This document shows positions 28,944 through 36,748 of a stretch of DNA of 64,000 nt, one piece after another. The translations under genes were made by a program, and so were the position numbers. Source of the stretch: Dehalococcoidia bacterium (GTDB lineage Bacteria > Chloroflexota > Dehalococcoidia > SpSt-223); assembly GCA_025054935.1 (NCBI GenBank), contig JANWZD010000002.1, forward strand, positions 338,131 through 402,130. Direction: 5' to 3'. A model generated the notes under the pieces. The model searched no databases. It was not told the DNA's origin and saw nothing but the letters and a program-made list of their open reading frames with translations. How positions within the stretch are numbered: the stretch's first letter is position 1; each line of letters starts with the position of its first letter.

Positions 28944-30125
28944 GTGCGGGCCGCCTACTTCGACGTCTTTGCCGGGGCGAGCGGCGACATGCTGCTCGGC
29001 GCGCTCATCGACGCCGGCGCCTCGGCAGCGGAAATCACCGCGGCTCTGCGCACCCTTCCGCTGGAGGGCTGGGGGCTGGATGTCCGACCGGAGCACCGCG
29101 GCGTTATCGGCGGCACCCGGGTCGAGGTGTGGGTCGATCCGGCCCTTTCTCAGCCGCAGCGCCGGCTCGCCGACATTGTCGCCGCGGTGGAGCAGTCGCA
29201 GCTGCCCAGCCGCGTCAAGCGCGATGCGGCCGCGGTTTTTCGAGCGCTGGCGGAAGCCGAGGGCCGCGTCCATCGCCAGCGGCTGGACGATGTCCACTTC
29301 CATGAGGTCGGCGCTGTCGACTCGATTGTCGATATCGTCGGCGCGGTGGTAGCGCTCGAACTGCTCGGCATCGAGCAGGTGTTCGTCTCTTCGGTGCCGC
29401 TCGGAGGCGGGATAGCCCAGACCGCGCACGGAAAGATCCCGGCCCCTGCCCCAGCAACCCTCGAACTGCTTGCGCGTGCCGGCGCGCCGGTGCGGCCAAG
29501 TTTCGGCGCAGCGGCAACAACCGAGATGGTCACCCCCACCGCGGCCGCCTTCTTCGCGGCCCTCGGCGTCTTCGAGCAGCCGGCGCTTCGCCTGACCACA
29601 GTTGGCTACGGCCTCGGGGCACGCCGCCTTCCTGACCTGCCGAATGCGCTGCGCGTGCTGATCGGCGAGCGCGACGAGCCCTCCGCCCCGCTCCTCCTCC
29701 TTGAAACGAATATCGACGATCAGCCGGCGGAGCAGCTCGGCTACGTGCTGGAACGCCTCTTCGCTGTCGGCGTTCGCGACGCGTGGTTCACTCCAATCCA
29801 GATGAAAAAAAGCCGTCCCGCAGTGATGATGAGCGTCATTGCGGAAGCAGCCCAAGAGCGCGAGATCGCCGACCTCCTTCTGCGCGAGACCAGCACGCTC
29901 GGCGTGCGGGTCATCCCGATCCGCCGCCACGAAGCTGAGCGGGTTGTCAAAACGGTCGAAACGCGCCTCGGCCCCGCTCGTGTCAAAGTGAAACGGCTCG
30001 AGGGACGGCCGGTCGCCGCCGTGCCGGAGTTCGAGGATTGCCGGCGTCTCGCCCTCGAGCATGGGCTGCCCATCGCTGAGGTGTACCGTCTCGTCGAGAG
30101 CGCGGCGCGCGGCGCGATGGACTAG
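28944..30125 (+). CDS. larC: nickel insertion protein LarC (DUF111)
   Basis: 393 aa. N-terminal YFDVFAGASGDMLLGALIDAG is the LarC/DUF111 signature. Confidence 0.88.
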   Translation: MRAAYFDVFAGASGDMLLGALIDAGASAAEITAALRTLPLEGWGLDVRPEHRGVIGGTRVEVWVDPALSQPQRRLADIVAAVEQSQLPSRVKRDAAAVFRALAEAEGRVHRQRLDDVHFHEVGAVDSIVDIVGAVVALELLGIEQVFVSSVPLGGGIAQTAHGKIPAPAPATLELLARAGAPVRPSFGAAATTEMVTPTAAAFFAALGVFEQPALRLTTVGYGLGARRLPDLPNALRVLIGERDEPSAPLLLLETNIDDQPAEQLGYVLERLFAVGVRDAWFTPIQMKKSRPAVMMSVIAEAAQEREIADLLLRETSTLGVRVIPIRRHEAERVVKTVETRLGPARVKVKRLEGRPVAAVPEFEDCRRLALEHGLPIAEVYRLVESAARGAMD

Positions 30126-30235
30126 TCCAAGCACTCGAACGGCCGGCCGACACCGCCTCCGCAGCCCACCACCAGATGTGGTACAGTCGGCAGCAAGCGA
30201 CAACAGTCCACGGCCCGAACGGGGCGGAGTGACCG

Positions 30236-30775
30236 ATGAAATGCCCATACTGCCACCACCGCGATTCCAAGGTGGTTGACTCTCGCGATAGCGAGTTGAG
30301 CATTCGTCGCCGGCGCGAATGTCTCAACTGCGGACGCCGTTTCACCACGTACGAACGCGTCGAACTTGCGCCGCTGATCGTTTCGAAGCGCGACGGGCGG
30401 CGCGAGGAATTCAGTCGCGAGAAGCTGCTCGCGAGTGTGCGCAAGGCGACGGACAAGCGTCCAGTCGCGCCGGGACAGGTGGAAGCGATCGTCGAAAGCA
30501 TTGAAGCGGAACTGAACCGTCTGCCCGGCAATGAGATCGCAACCGCTGAGATCGCCGAGCTCGTTATGGCGCGCCTGCGCCAGCTTGATGACATCGCCTA
30601 CATTCGCTACGCAAGCGCCTACCGCGAATTCGGCGACCTCGAGCGGGTGCGGGAAGAGCTTGAACGTCTTGCGACAACGCGAGAGCGTGAGCGGCAGCTG
30701 CGCGCTCAGCCTCCGCTGTTCTCGCTGGACGATTTCGAGACCGTTGCTCGCACCGAGCGCGCGCCGACGCGGTAG
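30236..30775 (+). CDS. nrdR: transcriptional repressor NrdR
   Basis: 179 aa. Zinc ribbon MKCPYC...CLNC followed by an ATP-cone. Confidence 0.95.
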   Translation: MKCPYCHHRDSKVVDSRDSELSIRRRRECLNCGRRFTTYERVELAPLIVSKRDGRREEFSREKLLASVRKATDKRPVAPGQVEAIVESIEAELNRLPGNEIATAEIAELVMARLRQLDDIAYIRYASAYREFGDLERVREELERLATTRERERQLRAQPPLFSLDDFETVARTERAPTR

Positions 30776-32052
30776 TTCTCCTGCTCGCCGAGCAGGCTGA
30801 CGACCAACTGGCGCGCCAGCCGCCCCGACCGTCCGGAGTGCTGGATCTCCCAGTGGATGGCGCGCTGCCGGAGCTCCTCGGCCGAAAGAGTGAGGCCGGC
30901 TTCGGCCGCAATCGCCTCAACCATCCGCAGATAGAGCGGCCGATCTGGAGGGGGAAAGAACACCCGGATCCCAAAGCGGTCGGCGAGCGACAGCTTCTCG
31001 TCTTGGCGTTCGCGGGCGTGGACCTCGACCTCGGCCGACCGCTCTGTCCACAGTTCGGCGACTAGGTTGTGTCGGTTCGAGGTCGCGTAGACGAGCACAT
31101 TCGGGGGGCGGGCTTCGATGGTGCCGTCGAGCAGGGCCTTCAGTTCCTTGTACTCGCTCTCCCCTGCTTCAAACGAGAGGTCATCAACGTACAGGATGAA
31201 CCGCTCGTGACGGTGACGAAGCGTCTCGACGATCGCGGGGAGGTCGCCGAGATCGGCTTTCGCGACTTCGACCAAACGGAGGCCGCGGTCGCCGAAGCGG
31301 GAGAGGAGCGCTTTGATGGTTGACGATTTCCCGGTGCCGCGTGCGCCCGCGATGAGGACGTCGTTTGCCGGCAGCCCCGCGACAAACTGCTCGGTATTGC
31401 GGATCACCGGCGCGCGCTCCCGCTCGTAGCCGACCAGCATTTCGAGCCGCGGCAGGTCGGGCGCGTCCACGCCGCAGAGGCGGCCGCCAGCCCAGCGGAA
31501 GGCGCGGTAGCGGCGAAAGATCCCGCTACCGCGCCGGTAGGCCGCGAGGAGCGTTTCGAGCGCAGTTTCGGCGTCTGGGGCAGCAAGCAGCGCCGCCTTC
31601 TCCTGCTGACGCTCTGGGTCAGCGGGCTGAACCGGCAGCGGACAGACCTCTGTCCACGACTGTGCCGCTCCTGAGAGCGCCTGACGCACGCCGCGAAGGA
31701 GGCGGAAAAGGACCCCCAGTTCGTCGCGCGCGCGACGGCGGATCGCCTCGCCCAGCGGGGCATCCGGAGCGCGGTCGAGCTTCTGCGCCAGCACATTGCT
31801 GTCCGCAAGGAGGCGGTCGAGCATCCAATCGGTAAAGGCATCGCCGACCACCGGCGCCGCGGCAAGCTCGGCTCGGGCAACAAGCGCGAGGCTGAGGCGC
31901 GCTTCCGCCGCCGGTCCGGCAGCGGTCGGCGCGGCGCTCAGCGCGGCCTTGAGCAAGGAGCCGATTTCATCCTCGAAGATCCCGGCGAAGAGCGTCAGTT
32001 CCTCGAGCGCCTCGCTCAGAGCCGAGGGAAGATCGGCGGAGCGATCGTGCAT
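30706..32052 (-). CDS. DUF815-type AAA+ ATPase with ~170-aa N-terminal extension
   Basis: Walker A GARGTGKSS and Walker B FILYVDDLSF. Start is either ATG 32052 (AAGGGTGG upstream) or GTG 32064. The 3' end overlaps nrdR by 70 nt (convergent). Confidence 0.8.
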   Translation of the reverse strand: MHDRSADLPSALSEALEELTLFAGIFEDEIGSLLKAALSAAPTAAGPAAEARLSLALVARAELAAAPVVGDAFTDWMLDRLLADSNVLAQKLDRAPDAPLGEAIRRRARDELGVLFRLLRGVRQALSGAAQSWTEVCPLPVQPADPERQQEKAALLAAPDAETALETLLAAYRRGSGIFRRYRAFRWAGGRLCGVDAPDLPRLEMLVGYERERAPVIRNTEQFVAGLPANDVLIAGARGTGKSSTIKALLSRFGDRGLRLVEVAKADLGDLPAIVETLRHRHERFILYVDDLSFEAGESEYKELKALLDGTIEARPPNVLVYATSNRHNLVAELWTERSAEVEVHARERQDEKLSLADRFGIRVFFPPPDRPLYLRMVEAIAAEAGLTLSAEELRQRAIHWEIQHSGRSGRLARQLVVSLLGEQENYRVGARSVRATVSKSSSENSGG

Positions 32053-32081
32053 GATTCTGCCCACCCTTTGCGCATGCAGCG

Positions 32082-32315
32082 ATGAATACGACCTGTCATT
32101 TCTGCGATGGCGAGCATCCGCTCGATGCTGCGGGAGCGCTCCTCTGCCGGCCGAAACGCCGCTTCAAGAGCGCGTTTGAGGCGGCACTCGGCGCGCCGCC
32201 CCATCGCCAAGTCGAGGTTCTGCTCGGCCGGGTGGTCTTCCTCGGCGAACGGCCGAACCCGGAGTTCGTGCGGTCGCTGCTCGAGCGGATCGCCCGCGAC
32301 GGCTGGCCTGCCTAA
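32082..32315 (+). CDS. hypothetical 77-aa protein (N-terminal CHFC...C)
   Basis: ORF with about 78% GC3 by hand count and a protein-like C-terminus (EFVRSLLERIARDGW). No SD. Begins 30 nt from the divergent ATPase ATG. Confidence 0.4.
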   Translation: MNTTCHFCDGEHPLDAAGALLCRPKRRFKSAFEAALGAPPHRQVEVLLGRVVFLGERPNPEFVRSLLERIARDGWPA

Positions 32316-32518
32316 ATCCGCAAGGCGGTAATTTCGCGCGAGAGCGTGTTGCCCTTGATATGAATCCGCACATGGGTCACGCGCAGCCGGATCGTTCCGC
32401 CGGCTGTCTCGAGCGTAAATTCGTCATTGCGCTCGAAGCGATAGTCGCTGTCGATCGTCGCGAGCGATTTGGCTCGAGCGCCGCTAAAGGGGTCGGCCTC
32501 GAAAATCTCGGTGCGCAT
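32312..32518 (-). CDS. hypothetical 68-aa protein
   Basis: ATG at 32518 preceded by a strong AAAGGAGAGAG SD and a GTGACA-15nt-TACACT promoter-like pair (32537-32563). Translation is MRTEIFEADPFSGARAKSLATIDSDYRFERNDEFTLETAGGTIRLRVTHVRIHIKGNTLSREITALRI. It is hidden inside the spurious 267-aa track ORF. Confidence 0.6.
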   Translation of the reverse strand: MRTEIFEADPFSGARAKSLATIDSDYRFERNDEFTLETAGGTIRLRVTHVRIHIKGNTLSREITALRI

Positions 32519-33182
32519 CGCTCTCTCCTTTCCTGCAGTGTAGCGGAATTGTGGGGTTGTCACCGGCGAGTACGATTCCAGGGAAAGAGGTCGTCCTGCC
32601 ACCTTGGGAGGCTGGAACGCGGGGCGCAGCGCGCGCTGGCGGGTCGTCGCGCCGGCGAGCGCGGGTTCGGACAAGCACCAACGCCTCGCGCTGACCGGCT
32701 CTGAGACGAGGGCGCTCCCCTGCGGCGAGCAGCCCTCTGCACGCTGCTGTTTGAGGGGCAGGAGCAGCGGTTCCTGAACGGTCGCGGGCGCGGCAAGAAG
32801 AAAACGCCCTCCCGCCCGAGCGCGCTGGCGGTGCGTTCCGCTGCTGCGGTTCTGACACGATCTCTTCGCTTGGTGTGAACGATACGGGGTGTCCGTCTGA
32901 TGCTGGAACCGCAAGCGCACTTTCGTTGACAACGTCGGTCCTTGTTGAGCAGGAAGGAACTCGGCGCTGCCAAGAGGCTGCGCGCGCCGCGAGCTACGCT
33001 GCCCTCTCCGCGATCGCGAAAGGGCCGCCGAAAGGGGCCGCAGCCGGGAGAATGCGCCGCCGACGGAGCGGCGTATTCCCGCCCTCCCCTTGGCGCGCCG
33101 GCAGATTGCGGTCAAGCTGAGCCTTGCCCAGCGCCGGGCGCAACCTCATGCCCGAGCGGCCGCGATCACTCGGGAGTGTGTG

Positions 33183-33767
33183 ATGCCTCGTGCTCGCCTC
33201 GATACTGCGACGGTAATTCGAGCTGCGGCGGAGCTCGCGGACGAGCGTGGTCTCGACGGCGTCAGCTTCACCGCGCTCGCAGCGCGTCTAGGAGTTCGCG
33301 GGCCGTCGCTCTATCACCATGTCGCTGGACCCGCCGCACTACGCCGCGCGATCGCCTCGCTTGCCTTCACCGAATTGGCGGACCGTCTCTCTCGGGCGAC
33401 AATCGGCAAGGCGCGCGACGAAGCGGTCTATGCGCTTGCCGAAGCGTTTCGCGACTATGTCCGCGCGCATCCCGGCCGATACGCCGCAACCGTCCCCGCG
33501 CCGCCGCCGGAAGACCGGGAACTCGCGCGCGCGAGCCGCGAAGTGCTGCGCGTGGTCCTCGCGGTGCTCGCTGGCTACGGCATCAGCGGTCCAGACGCGG
33601 TTCACGCCACGCGGCAGCTGCGCGCCGCAATGCATGGCTTCGCGACCCTCGAAAGCGCAGGCGCCTTCGGCGCGCCGATCGACTTCGATGAGAGCTTCCG
33701 CCGCCTGATCGCGACGGTTATCGCCGGCGCCCTCCGGCCGGCCGCAGGGTCAAGTTCGCTCAGCTAG
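33183..33767 (+). CDS. TetR/AcrR family transcriptional regulator
   Basis: ATG at 33183 with a GGGAG SD (the track ORF starts at 33090). N-terminal HTH AAAELADERGLDGVSFTALAARLGVRGPSLYHHV. C-terminal WHG-like domain. Confidence 0.88.
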   Translation: MPRARLDTATVIRAAAELADERGLDGVSFTALAARLGVRGPSLYHHVAGPAALRRAIASLAFTELADRLSRATIGKARDEAVYALAEAFRDYVRAHPGRYAATVPAPPPEDRELARASREVLRVVLAVLAGYGISGPDAVHATRQLRAAMHGFATLESAGAFGAPIDFDESFRRLIATVIAGALRPAAGSSSLS

Positions 33768-33920
33768 CGCTCCTGACGGCTCCCGATGAAAAGCGGGGCC
33801 AAAGGATGGCGGGCGGCCAGCGCGCCGTGTCCGCGAGCGCACGCCCCCTGCTTGAGCATGGCGCTGCTTCAGAGTGGGAGAGCAGCTGGCATCCGGGGGG
33901 AGGGGTGCGCCGGCTACCCG

Positions 33921-34394
33921 CTAGCCTTGGCGCAGTTGGCGGCTGAGATAGTATTCGAGGCCGATCTGGCGGATGATCTCAAGCTGGGTCTCAAACCACT
34001 CGACGTGCTCTTGTTCCTCGCGGATCATCTCCTCGAGCATCGCTCGGGTCGCATAGTCTTCGGCGTCATTACAGACCGCGATCCCGGCCTGGAGGGTCGC
34101 GATCGCCCCGAGTTCTGTTTCTCGCCCGAGATGAAGCATCTCCTCGACGCTGCTGCCAACACGCAGCGGGCTGAGACGCTGGATATTCGGCTTTCCTTCG
34201 CGGAAAAGGATGTATTTGATCAGCGCCTCGGTATCGCGCATCTCCTCGATGCTCAGCGCGCGGAAGCGGTCATGGAGCAGCTCGAACCCCCAGTTTTGGC
34301 ACATCGCAGCGTGAATAGCATATTGGTCGACCGCTGTCAGTTCGTTGGCCAATGCTTGGTTCAAGATATCGAGAACAGCTGGGTCCGACTTCAT
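33921..34394 (-). CDS. bfr: bacterioferritin
   Basis: ATG at 34394 with an AAAGGAG SD. Contains LNQALANELTAVDQY, the heme-Met context SIEEMRDTEALIKYILFREG, and EEQEHVEWFE. Confidence 0.92.
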   Translation of the reverse strand: MKSDPAVLDILNQALANELTAVDQYAIHAAMCQNWGFELLHDRFRALSIEEMRDTEALIKYILFREGKPNIQRLSPLRVGSSVEEMLHLGRETELGAIATLQAGIAVCNDAEDYATRAMLEEMIREEQEHVEWFETQLEIIRQIGLEYYLSRQLRQG

Positions 34395-34482
34395 GAGAGC
34401 GCTCCTTTCTGTCGCCGCTATCGGGCGCGGGCAGCAGCGTCCGCGCTGAGCAGGACGCAAGCGGTGCGCGGCGGAGACAATG

Positions 34483-34523
34483 GATTAGTATTAGCGAACT
34501 TTTGAGATTAGGCAATACTAATC
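34483..34523. promoter_or_regulatory. AT-rich inverted repeat, candidate metalloregulator operator upstream of bfr
   Basis: GATTAGTATT-N21-AATACTAATC (10-bp arms) plus an internal third GATTAG. This is the most AT-rich patch in the region, 90-130 nt upstream of the bfr ATG. Confidence 0.4.
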
Positions 34524-34797
34524 ATTTTTCTCTGCGGTGAGCGGCAGGAACGCGCGCTCTCCGGCAGCAGCGGAACGACGCGACGTCGGGAGCAGAGGAG
34601 GAGGCGGCGGCAGTATTGAAGGTCAGGCAGGAGCGAGGCGAGCGTTCTGTTTCCTCGCTCTGCGGCGCTCGGCCGGCGTGCCGGCAGAACGACAGCCCGC
34701 CTGACTCGCGGAGGGATGGCGGAGGCAGGCGGGCGGCTGGCGTCGCCGTCGCGGCCAAGCGGCCGCTGACGGTCCATCTTTGAACGGGGGACAGTTC

Positions 34798-35898
34798 CTA
34801 CGCCGGCTTATAGGCGAACCAGCGGCTGTGGTGCGCCGACGTGCTGCTGGGGAAGTTTTCGATCTCAGAGTCCGGGCCCGCGCTCGTCTGGAAGCCTGCG
34901 GCGCGCAGGGCGGCCGGGAAATCCCAGTAGGCCCAGCCGAGTTCGTACGGCTCGGCGTTGTCGCGAATGATGAATTCGCGCAGGTAGGCGTCGAGGGGGT
35001 TCCATTGCGGCGCTTGGCCAACATCCATCACCGAGAAGAGGCCGCCCGGGCGAAGAACGCGGTACACTTCGCGCACCACCTGCTCGCCAACCTCGACGGG
35101 CACTTCATGGAAGAGGATGAAGCAGTGGACGATATCGACGCTGTTGTCCGGCAGCTTCAGGTCCTCCGCGAGCATCTGGGCGAAGGTGACATCGAGCCCC
35201 ATTTCGACGGCGCGCTTGTGGGCATAGCGCAGCATCGGCGCTGAACAGTCGATCCCCCACACCTCAGCGTGCGGCAGCCGCTCTTTCCAGGCTGTCGTGC
35301 TTTGGCCGATTGCGCACGCGAGATCGACAACCCACTCGACCCGGCCAGCAGGGAGGGGAACGCTGTTCACCATGTTCCGCTGGAGGGAGTCGTCATCATT
35401 CTTGCCGCCGAACAGCAGTTTCGTGCCGTAGTGATAGAAATAGCCGGCGAGCGGATGATCCGCGTAGCCTCCCGGTTGACGATGGAAATACACCTTGGTG
35501 TAGTACTCCGGCAGCTTCAGCGTCGGGTCCAGCAGGAGCCGGCCGGGACCGCGGCTGGCGAATTCCTCCAGTTCGCGGAGAAGCTCCGCTTCGCGCTTGC
35601 CGTATGTCTCGAGCAGCGCGACGCCCCGCATGTCTTGGGTCGAGCGGAACAGCCGCCGGTGGGCCTGCAGGATCGGCAGCGCATCAAGCTCAGCGCGGAT
35701 CTCCTCTACTGAGGCCGGCTTGCGGCCGTGGCGCGCTTCGAAGGCAGCCTCGAGCTGGGCATACCGCTGCTGGAGGGCCGGGGTCAGGTCGTTGATCGCA
35801 AAGACACGCATCCCCTCAATGAAATCGAGGTACGCGGCATCGTCAGCGTCCGTCGCCCCGTCAAGCGTGCCGATGCGGCGGGGGAACACATCAACCAT
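34798..35898 (-). CDS. class I SAM-dependent methyltransferase
   Basis: ATG at 35898 with a GGAGGAG SD (the track ORF starts at 35910). Motif I VVDLACAIGQ and post-I/II LRPGGLF. Confidence 0.82.
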   Translation of the reverse strand: MVDVFPRRIGTLDGATDADDAAYLDFIEGMRVFAINDLTPALQQRYAQLEAAFEARHGRKPASVEEIRAELDALPILQAHRRLFRSTQDMRGVALLETYGKREAELLRELEEFASRGPGRLLLDPTLKLPEYYTKVYFHRQPGGYADHPLAGYFYHYGTKLLFGGKNDDDSLQRNMVNSVPLPAGRVEWVVDLACAIGQSTTAWKERLPHAEVWGIDCSAPMLRYAHKRAVEMGLDVTFAQMLAEDLKLPDNSVDIVHCFILFHEVPVEVGEQVVREVYRVLRPGGLFSVMDVGQAPQWNPLDAYLREFIIRDNAEPYELGWAYWDFPAALRAAGFQTSAGPDSEIENFPSSTSAHHSRWFAYKPA

Positions 35899-36079
35899 TA
35901 TCTCCTCCAAACATTGCCTCTTTCTTCCTCAGTGTAGACGACACGCGCAAAGATGTGCACCCGGCGCGATTTCGCGCCTCTCGCAAGCGCTCTTCCTGCA
36001 GCAGCGATGCCCGCGAACTGCAGCTGTTCGCGCTCCGCGGTGAAGCTGGCGTGCTACAATCGGCCGAAAGAGGGGTCTC

Positions 36080-36187
36080 ATGACCGCGACCGATATCGTT
36101 GCCCTGCTGATCCTCAGCTTCGTAGTTCTCGTCCTCGGCGCGATCATCGTACCGGAATTCCTTCGCCGCCCCTCGATGAAGCCGTGA
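36080..36187 (+). CDS. 35-aa single-TM peptide, translationally coupled to the CBS gene
   Basis: Not in the ORF track (<60 aa). AAAGAGGGG SD, then ATG 36080. Translation MTATDIVALLILSFVVLVLGAIIVPEFLRRPSMKP. Its TGA overlaps the GTG of the next gene (GTGA at 36184-36187). Confidence 0.45.
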   Translation: MTATDIVALLILSFVVLVLGAIIVPEFLRRPSMKP

Positions 36188-36651
36188 AAGTTGAAGAGTT
36201 GATGGACCGTCAGCCATTGACGGCCCGCCCCGAGACGCCTGTTCGCGAACTGGCGCGCCGCATGTACGAGACGCGCCGCAGTTCGGTCCCCATCGTCGAT
36301 GAGGCGGGGCATGTTGTCGGCATCGTCACGATGACCGACCTCGTCGCCCGCAACGCCAATCTCCACTTCCCGCGGTATATCCAGTTGCTCGATAGCATCA
36401 TCTATCTCGAGAGCACGAAGGAGTATGAAGAGGAGCTCCGGCGGATCCTCGCCTCGACCGCGGGCGAGCTGATGACGGCTCCCGCGCGAACCGTTCGTCT
36501 CGGCAGCGACGCCGGTGACGCTGCGGCGGAACTGTTTGAGCAGAAAATCACGGCGCTTCCAGTCGTGGACGATGCTGGTCGGCTAGTGGGACTGCTCAGC
36601 CAGTATGAGTTCCTTAAGCTGATCGCCGAAGAGCCCGCTCCCGCCGAGTGA
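36184..36651 (+). CDS. CBS domain pair protein
   Basis: The track ORF 35953..36651 has a non-protein-like N-terminus. From GTG 36184 there are two CBS motifs (VPIVDEAGHVVGIVTMTDL and LPVVDDAGRLVGLLSQYEF). Confidence 0.8.
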   Translation: MKVEELMDRQPLTARPETPVRELARRMYETRRSSVPIVDEAGHVVGIVTMTDLVARNANLHFPRYIQLLDSIIYLESTKEYEEELRRILASTAGELMTAPARTVRLGSDAGDAAAELFEQKITALPVVDDAGRLVGLLSQYEFLKLIAEEPAPAE

Positions 36652-36748
36652 GCGTCCCCCTGACCGTCTGCCGCCTGCGGGAGCAGCCGGCCGGGAGGAT
36701 GAGGGCTGACTGCTGCGGTTCTCTTCGACCGACTGGTGGGACGTCGGC

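Noticed and set aside
32519-33182. Tried to read the long spacer as tmRNA, RNase P RNA, SRP RNA, a group II intron domain V, or a frameshifted pseudogene.
   Set aside because: The hallmark strings are not found on either strand: GGAAAGUCCGGGC and ACAGAAxCCGGCUUA for RNase P, the UUCGAxUCCC...CUCCACCA tail for tmRNA, the GGAA-capped helix 8 with AGCA for SRP, and the domain V consensus. No frame gives protein-like stretches. The region is kept only as an unexplained finding.
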